Source: Candidatus Latescibacterota bacterium
GTDB lineage: Bacteria; Latescibacterota; UBA2968; GCA-2709665
Direction: 5' to 3'
Assembly (NCBI GenBank): GCA_965226795.1
Contig: CBDDDZ010000005.1
Coordinates: 1,677,257 to 1,741,256, forward strand
Length of the DNA: 64,000 nt
Part shown: piece after piece, positions 58,084 to 64,000 of the stretch
Position numbering within the stretch: the stretch's first letter is position 1
How the letters are laid out: each line of letters starts with the position of its first letter
The notes under the pieces: model-generated
What the model was told of the DNA's origin: nothing
The model's input: only the letters and a program-made list of their open reading frames with translations
Databases searched by the model: none
Made by a program: the position numbers and the translations under genes

Positions 58084-59706
58084 TCACTTTCTTTTTTTTT
58101 CGAAATATGCCTTATCTCGCTGCAGAAGCTCCGGGTTTAACCGGTAGAATAAATCCCGGGCCTGCGGCAGCATCCTGCTCGTGACGACGAATCGGCCGTC
58201 GAGCAATAGCGATGGATTCATTGACCGATCGATACCTGCTCTTGACGCCGCAACCCGGGACCGTGCAGCAAACGCCGCGCCATCTTCGGCGGCGCAGCGC
58301 CTTACGCGCTCGACGTCCATCGCCTGCTGATTCAGACAGGTGGTATTGGCACGCTTGCCCGCGCTTTTCGAAACACTCCGGAACACGCACATTATATATG
58401 CCCTGTACCGATCAGGATAGATCTGCCGAACACACAAGCCGGATAGAGCGTCTTTCTCCTGACCCATCGGATGGAGGTGGAGACGTTCCGGGGCATCGAC
58501 GGCATCCAGCCACGACAGCAGTTCGCCGGCAATTCGCACCGTCAGTGGCGACGCTCCTGCAAAGAAGAAATCCATACGACCCGGAACGGCCGTCCAGCCC
58601 ATCAGCCGTGAGACAGGCACGAGTGCGGGCCGTGGCATGTAGCTGCCGCTCATCGGATACACGGCCTGCACAAATCGACGAAACCTGGCCGTCCTGGAAA
58701 AATCGGAGTCGAGTATAAACGCCGGCACCCGGTCGATCTGAAAACGGTCCGCCAATCTTCTCCCCTGCCGGGAATGAACGTTCAGTGTTCGAACCTCCAC
58801 GCCCGGGAACAACTCTCGCGTAGACCGGACAAACAGCCCCGGGTCGCACAGGTCGCATTCGGTATCGTTCAAAACCGTCATCCTGAAGACAACCGGATCG
58901 CTGAATCTGCAAGCCGCCGAAGGCTTGCCGGCGTTAACACAGACACCAACCCTCCCCGTCGACAGACAGTCCTGATCCGTTCCGCAAACCGGAACCGACG
59001 CGCAGGGCCCGGCCAGACTATCCAGCACGCAGATGCGGCGCGCCAGAACCTGCGTTCCCATTCCCTCCTTCACTTCCACGCCGTCGACAAACAGGGTCGG
59101 CGACGCCTGGATACCCAGTAGATTCGCCCTCAGGATATTTTCCCGGAAAAGCACCTCTCCGTCGGCACCGGACGCGACCGCCGCCACCCGTTCCGGTTCC
59201 ATTCCCGCCCGCCTCGCGCTGGCCTGCCAATCCGGGGAGTGGATGTCTTCATTTCTGTATAGAATATAGTCATAATAACGGTCGGGATACAAATGCATCA
59301 TAACGACCTGCCGGACTCCCTCCTCCACCTCGGTGTCGCCGTGCAGACTCAAGAAACTGCCGGTTCCGAAAACCATGCCGGAATCGCAGGATTCGCGCTG
59401 GGTCTGGCTCGGCCGGAGCGAACCGGAGGGTACACGGCCCTTTCCAGCCTCCTGAGCGATGAAATGCAGCCGGAAATCAATGCCATCGCCAAATGCCTTG
59501 AGCGTGGATGCCAGCGCTGCTTCCGCCCGCATCCCGTAAGGACAATGCGCCATCACAAACAGCTCAACTTTTACGCGATTCCCGGCATCGCCCGCGCGAA
59601 GCGTCCGGGACTCAGTTCCTGAAACGTCCGCACCGGGAACCGGAAGCCACGGCAACAGGCCTACCAGCACCGACCAGAAAATAACCCGCAACCCTGTCAC
59701 ATTCAT
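58084..59706 (-). CDS. Secreted multi-domain thioredoxin-fold (DsbA-like) protein
   Basis: ATG at 59706 (MNVTGLRVIFWSVLVGLLPWLPVPGA, signal peptide). A DsbA-like motif FVMAHCPYG and a second Cys pair TECDLCDP are present. Confidence 0.55.
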   Translation of the reverse strand: MNVTGLRVIFWSVLVGLLPWLPVPGADVSGTESRTLRAGDAGNRVKVELFVMAHCPYGMRAEAALASTLKAFGDGIDFRLHFIAQEAGKGRVPSGSLRPSQTQRESCDSGMVFGTGSFLSLHGDTEVEEGVRQVVMMHLYPDRYYDYILYRNEDIHSPDWQASARRAGMEPERVAAVASGADGEVLFRENILRANLLGIQASPTLFVDGVEVKEGMGTQVLARRICVLDSLAGPCASVPVCGTDQDCLSTGRVGVCVNAGKPSAACRFSDPVVFRMTVLNDTECDLCDPGLFVRSTRELFPGVEVRTLNVHSRQGRRLADRFQIDRVPAFILDSDFSRTARFRRFVQAVYPMSGSYMPRPALVPVSRLMGWTAVPGRMDFFFAGASPLTVRIAGELLSWLDAVDAPERLHLHPMGQEKDALSGLCVRQIYPDRYRAYIMCVFRSVSKSAGKRANTTCLNQQAMDVERVRRCAAEDGAAFAARSRVAASRAGIDRSMNPSLLLDGRFVVTSRMLPQARDLFYRLNPELLQRDKAYFEKKRK

Positions 59707-59937
59707 AACGACCTCATTGATCCTTGAAAATGCCAGTCTTAACCAGGCTTCAAGCAGAGAAAAGGCGAAGGCGGGTCGCAGGGCCTGGCACGGATCCTGC
59801 AGAGGCAAAAGACAACAGGCGGGATCAACCCGACCAGGGCGCGTTTCCGACCGGCGAGCGTCAGGATTGCGGCAGAACAAGAAAGGCCGCCTCTGGCTTA
59901 GAGACGACCTTAACAGTGCAGCGACAGATCAATAAAG

Positions 59938-60738
59938 CTATTTCAACAGCATCATTCGCTTGGACACCAAGAAATCGGCGGCCTGCAGACGATATAGATA
60001 GATGCCGCTGGCGACCTGCCGTCCCAATTGGTCCTTGCCATCCCAGTTTGCAGTATAGTCGCCCGCTTCCGTACGCGCATCCACCAGAACACGAACCTCC
60101 TGGCCAAGGAGATTGTAGATGGCCAGCCTGACCTGTCCGGCCTCCGAAATTTGATACTCGATTGTTGTGGAAGGGTTGAAGGGATTCGGCATATTCTGGC
60201 TCAGGGCCGTTCGGTCGGGCAGCGGCTTCAGATTTCCGATTTCTATCTGAGTGAGGAGGTCGATGTTTCCATCGATTCCGACCAGTACCCCTTCCGCAAT
60301 CTGAAAATCCGTTGCGAGCGGGATGTTGGTGGCCTTGAAGACAAGCTCGACGAGAACCCCGTCGCCGCTGGACCCCTGACCGTCGACTTTCATGGCGCCG
60401 ATATCCAGTTTGCCGGGTGTCCGGTTGGACGACAGGAAAAGCGTATTCTGTTCAGACCTGGCCTTAAGCAGATTGCCGTCGGCCTCCTTGGCTTCAAGAA
60501 ACTCGTATTTGGCCGGATCGTAGATCAGCGAGAATCCGTATCCCTTCAGGCTTTTGGCTTCTTCAAGCGAAACGCGCAATTTCAAGACACCCTGGTCTGC
60601 ATCAGAAGCGTCCGCCCGCTCCAGCATCAGCCGAGCGAAAGAATTCTGACCACTTGTAATGGTCAAACCGTCGGTCATTTCACCGGCAGAAACCGACCCT
60701 GCCAAAGCAAGTGCCATAAAAACAAGTAACTTACGCAT
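59938..60738 (-). CDS. Secreted protein with C-terminal T9SS (Por) sorting domain
   Basis: Signal peptide MRKLLVFMALALAGSVSA and a GGAGG SD. The C-terminal segment MPNPFNPSTTIEYQISEAGQVRLAIYNLLGQEV...GIYLYRLQAADF matches the T9SS type-A CTD. Confidence 0.75.
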   Translation of the reverse strand: MRKLLVFMALALAGSVSAGEMTDGLTITSGQNSFARLMLERADASDADQGVLKLRVSLEEAKSLKGYGFSLIYDPAKYEFLEAKEADGNLLKARSEQNTLFLSSNRTPGKLDIGAMKVDGQGSSGDGVLVELVFKATNIPLATDFQIAEGVLVGIDGNIDLLTQIEIGNLKPLPDRTALSQNMPNPFNPSTTIEYQISEAGQVRLAIYNLLGQEVRVLVDARTEAGDYTANWDGKDQLGRQVASGIYLYRLQAADFLVSKRMMLLK

Positions 60739-61052
60739 AACCGCCTCCTATCGGAGCCCAAACAAAACGTATGGTGGATATTCCAGTTAGAAAATTTACG
60801 ACTTATGTCGCCCCGTGTCAACAGGGAATTACGATGGCAACACTGTAAAAATACGATATGTATGACGATGGCAATTTACCGCCCCCTGGGCCGCATCCGG
60901 CTGGAGGTCTGCGTTGCCGCAGCGGCCGCCGGCATTAACTGTTTCGCAAACGTTGACGGCTACCTGGATTTCCGGCTTCACGATGGCTGGGCGAGCACTT
61001 CGGGCCACGTTGCTACCCTGCCGGAATGGAACCGGGTTTACACGCCGGGTGC

Positions 61053-62603
61053 TCAGACGTTGAAATAGTCCCGAATCGAATCGACAAGTCCGGTGATACC
61101 AATCTCCCGTCCGGCGGCTTGCGCGACAACTGAAAATCCAAGATTCCGAGCCGTCTCGGCCGTTGTGGGCCCTATACAAGCGGCGGGAAGCTTCGGTGGC
61201 AGATCCGACATTCCAAATTGCTTGAAGAGTTCCGCGCAATATTTTGCAGCAGATGGACTTGACAAAATCAAAATGTCGACTTCATTTTGCTTCAGACGTG
61301 CCCGGACGTCATCTGAAATGCCCGAAGGTTTCACGGTTCGGTAGACAATAATCTCCCGCACCTGCGCCCCTTGCGCGCCCAGTGCGTCGGGAATTGTTCG
61401 CCGCCCCTTTTCGGCCCGGGGAATCAGCACGCGCAGCCCGGACATTTGTATTCGGGCGAACTCCACCGCAAGGTCGTCAGCGGTGTGCCGACACGGGAGC
61501 AAATCCACGCGAAGGCCGTAGCTACGTATCCTCTCCGCGGATTTCTGACCTACCACGGCAATCCGGACGTCCGCCAGCCCACAAAGGTCGCCGTGCAACG
61601 TGCGCACCCGCTGGATGAATCGCTCTATAGCGTTGCCGCTTGCAAATACAAGCCAGTCAAACTGTTCCAACTCTTCAATTGCGGCGTCCACCCGCACCCA
61701 ATCCGGAGGCTCCGCGATCTCGATGGCTGGGGCCACCAGGACCTCCGCTCCCAGTCCCATCAACATTCCCCGCAGATCTCCGACGCGATCCCGGCTCCGT
61801 GTTATCATGACACGTTTTCCAAAAAGCGGCAGCCGTTCAAACCACGGAAAGTCCGACCTGGCGACTTCTCCCACCACGATTGCGGCGGGGCTGGCGGCCT
61901 CCACCTCGGCAAGCGTGCCCAGCGTGCATCGGACGGTCTTCTGGCGTGGCAACGTTCCGTTCTGTACTACCGCTACAGGCGTATCGGACGGACGGCCTGC
62001 CCGGATCAATCTCCGGGCGACCTCCCCCCGATTTCGCACTCCCATCAACACCACCAGCGTTCCGCCCAGCCGGCCCAGCGCGTGCCAGTCTACTTCCGGC
62101 AGGGCATCCAAAGATTCGCTGTGACCCGTTAAAAAGGTCACGTGCGGAGCGATCGCCCGGTGGGTGACCGGAATACCCGCGTATGCCGGCGCTGCGATCG
62201 CGCTTGTAATTCCCGGAATCACTTCAAATGCGACGCCCGCCTGTTTCAGCGTCGCCATTTCTTCTCCGCCGCGCCCGAATACGAATGGATCCCCACCCTT
62301 CAGACGCACCACATTTAGCCCCTTCGCCGCCCTGGCGACCATAAGGCGGTTGATCCGCTCTTGCTGGCGAGCCTGCGCGCCCGGCTGTTTCCCGACGTCG
62401 ATCCGTTCACAATGCGACGGTGCTTCGTCCAGCAATACCGGATTTGCCAAGCTATCGTAGAGTATCACATCCGCTTGCCGGATGCGGCGAAGCGCTTTTA
62501 TCGTTATCAGCTCGGGATCTCCCGGCCCCGCGCCAACCAGAAAAACCGTGCCTTCCGCCATGATCGCCCCAAGTAGCCAGGGAACCGGCCGCCCTGCGGT
62601 CAC
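61053..62603 (-). CDS. cobA: Bifunctional uroporphyrinogen-III C-methyltransferase / uroporphyrinogen-III synthase (CobA-HemD fusion)
   Basis: The N-terminal half carries VGAGPGDPELITIKAL and GGDPFVFGRGGEE (SUMT). The C-terminal half is HemD-like. The start is either GTG 62603 or ATG 62561. Confidence 0.85.
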   Translation of the reverse strand: MTAGRPVPWLLGAIMAEGTVFLVGAGPGDPELITIKALRRIRQADVILYDSLANPVLLDEAPSHCERIDVGKQPGAQARQQERINRLMVARAAKGLNVVRLKGGDPFVFGRGGEEMATLKQAGVAFEVIPGITSAIAAPAYAGIPVTHRAIAPHVTFLTGHSESLDALPEVDWHALGRLGGTLVVLMGVRNRGEVARRLIRAGRPSDTPVAVVQNGTLPRQKTVRCTLGTLAEVEAASPAAIVVGEVARSDFPWFERLPLFGKRVMITRSRDRVGDLRGMLMGLGAEVLVAPAIEIAEPPDWVRVDAAIEELEQFDWLVFASGNAIERFIQRVRTLHGDLCGLADVRIAVVGQKSAERIRSYGLRVDLLPCRHTADDLAVEFARIQMSGLRVLIPRAEKGRRTIPDALGAQGAQVREIIVYRTVKPSGISDDVRARLKQNEVDILILSSPSAAKYCAELFKQFGMSDLPPKLPAACIGPTTAETARNLGFSVVAQAAGREIGITGLVDSIRDYFNV

Positions 62604-62624
62604 ATTTGAGAGCCAATTTGCGGC

Positions 62625-63545
62625 CTAAAGGTACTTGTCCAGAATCTCCTTCGCTCCCCGCTCGACCAGCAACTCGGAAAGCCTCATGCCGACTTCAATG
62701 GATGCTTCGGGATCTCCCGTCGTCCGGGCGCGGACGACCTTGCTGCCGTCGGGAACGGCCACCAACCCGTCTGCGACGAGATACCCTGCGTGCAACCGCG
62801 CCCATGCGCCAATAGGAACCTGGCAGCCTCCTGCGAGGGCATCCAGCATGACGCGCTCGGCGCTTACTGCAAGATACGTGGAAAAATCGTTTAAACAGCC
62901 CACGGCCCGCGCCACCCTGTTGTCGCCCTGCCTGATCTGGATGCCGAGTGCGCCCTGCCCGGGCGCCGGCAAAAACCGCTCTGCGGGTAGAAATTCGCTC
63001 ACCCGGTTTTCTAATCCGAGCCGGCGCAGGCCCGCCGCGGCCAGTACCAGCGCCTCGAATTCTCCTGCGTCCAGTTTCCGTAGCCGGGTATCGACGTTTC
63101 CACGAATCCCTGTGATCTTCAGATCGGGTCTGCTGTGCCGCAACTGCGCCTGGCGTCTCAGGCTGCCCGTACCAACCACCGCGCCCTCGGGCAGACCTTC
63201 CAGTTTATGACCGGCACAGCTTACCAGTGCGTCTCGGACATCGGCGCGGGGGCTGACGGCCTCAAGTCGCAAACCCTCAGGCGGTCTGGTAGGCAGGTCC
63301 TTCAAGGAGTGCACTGCGAGGTCGATTCGGCCATCGAGGAGCGCCTCCTCGATTTCTCTGATAAAAACGCGCTTGCCGTCAATCCCCGCAACTGGTTCAT
63401 TCGGTTCACGATCCCCACGGGTTCTGATAACCTCTATACAAACTTCGAGACCGGAGTACGCGCCCCGCAGCGTATTCCTGGCCCAGGCCGCCTGCCAGAG
63501 AGCGAGGGGGCTGCCGCGGCTGCCGATTACAAGACGAGTCAGCAT
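62625..63545 (-). CDS. hemC: Porphobilinogen deaminase (hydroxymethylbilane synthase)
   Basis: Motifs IGSRGSPLALWQA and the dipyrromethane cofactor Cys region. Its ATG overlaps the hemA stop (ATGCTGA). Confidence 0.9.
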   Translation of the reverse strand: MLTRLVIGSRGSPLALWQAAWARNTLRGAYSGLEVCIEVIRTRGDREPNEPVAGIDGKRVFIREIEEALLDGRIDLAVHSLKDLPTRPPEGLRLEAVSPRADVRDALVSCAGHKLEGLPEGAVVGTGSLRRQAQLRHSRPDLKITGIRGNVDTRLRKLDAGEFEALVLAAAGLRRLGLENRVSEFLPAERFLPAPGQGALGIQIRQGDNRVARAVGCLNDFSTYLAVSAERVMLDALAGGCQVPIGAWARLHAGYLVADGLVAVPDGSKVVRARTTGDPEASIEVGMRLSELLVERGAKEILDKYL

Positions 63546-64000
63546 TTGGTTTGCACCTTCTCTACGGGTGCTTCTTTCGGGGTCGATTTCACCAGTCCGG
63601 CCGGGGGCGCATCCAGGTCAAACAGGCGGATCAATGCGTCAACGTAGTTCAGCGCCTCTCCAGAATCGGCCGCTTCACGCAACCGGACCTGCGGAGCGTG
63701 CAACAGCTTGTTCATGTAAAGCCGCAGGAGGCCGGCCACTTTTTTCTGCTGCCCCTCCGAGAAATCCGACAATCTGGCACGCTCCAGTTCCTCATCGAGG
63801 AGTTCCTGAAACCGCTGCCGCATGGCCACAATGGCCGGCACGACATCCAAGGAATTCAGCCACGAAGCAAATTCCCTCACCCCCTCGTCCACAATGTGCC
63901 GGACCTTCTCCGCCTCACGTCGCCTTTTCTTCATGTTGGCTCCGACGACCGCCTGCAAATCGTCGATATCGTATAAAAAGACGTTGTAGAGTGATCCCGC
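63539..64000 (-). CDS. hemA: Glutamyl-tRNA reductase, partial (N-terminus beyond window end)
   Basis: The frame is open to position 64000. It carries a C-terminal dimerisation domain and the VFLYDIDDLQ motif. Confidence 0.85.
   Translation of the reverse strand, partial: AGSLYNVFLYDIDDLQAVVGANMKKRRREAEKVRHIVDEGVREFASWLNSLDVVPAIVAMRQRFQELLDEELERARLSDFSEGQQKKVAGLLRLYMNKLLHAPQVRLREAADSGEALNYVDALIRLFDLDAPPAGLVKSTPKEAPVEKVQTKC

Noticed and set aside
1-64000. CRISPR arrays, tRNA/rRNA genes, transposases, integrases, prophage genes
   Set aside because: There are no regularly spaced direct repeats. No tRNA-like T-loop/acceptor signatures were found in the intergenic stretches 6530-7003, 8966-9136, 9764-9933, 13220-13440, 34717-35048, 38415-38852, 39594-40172 and 60739-61052. 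No recombinase-like ORFs were seen. The window appears to be stable chromosomal sequence.

Overview
High-GC (roughly 60%, estimated by eye) bacterial chromosomal window of 64 kb. It is densely coding on both strands and shows no rRNA, tRNA, CRISPR array, transposase or integrase. A C-terminal T9SS sorting domain (59938..60738), a dockerin-like Ca-binding repeat (gene at 1..2348) and many xylose-isomerase-like TIM-barrel enzymes suggest an uncultured FCB-group-like organism, but this is inference only. The six-frame track reports only ORFs closed within the window and writes TTG/GTG starts as M. Two real genes running off the edges (metalloprotease 1..2348 and hemA 63539..64000) are therefore missing from it, and several true starts lie inside the listed ORFs.

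Main content, left to right:
(1) An iron-uptake island, 2.4-13.2 kb. It holds two Feo systems and three DtxR/MntR-family proteins. System A consists of a TM-anchored DtxR-FeoA-FeoA fusion, a FeoB split into translationally coupled G-domain and permease cistrons, and a DtxR-SH3 repressor. System B consists of a Cys-tailed DtxR, FeoA, full-length FeoB and a Cys-rich small membrane protein. A thioredoxin-fold gene and an LLM flavin oxidoreductase lie between the two systems.
(2) A large accessory carbohydrate and small-molecule enzyme region, 13-24 kb and 35-52 kb. It contains an UxaA-family dehydratase, four xylose-isomerase-like TIM barrels, gluconolactonase, a PIG-L deacetylase, an SDR epimerase, IMPase, amidohydrolases, a PhyH dioxygenase, AXE1 esterases and an OYE reductase. 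It also holds two paralogous ~830-aa two-domain metallohydrolases, one of them interrupted by an in-frame TAG.
(3) Housekeeping blocks: tamA-tamB and clpB (24.5-33.4 kb), asd preceded by a lysine riboswitch (39.8-41.3 kb), mreBC, purC, purN, galU, pcm, and a hemA-hemC-cobA/hemD operon at the right edge.

Most interesting observations: the split, coupled FeoB and the membrane-tethered DtxR-FeoA fusion; an FeoC-like Cys4 tail on a DtxR regulator; an unannotated lysine riboswitch; a 45-bp perfect palindrome in a convergent intergenic gap; and the TAG-interrupted metallohydrolase paralog.
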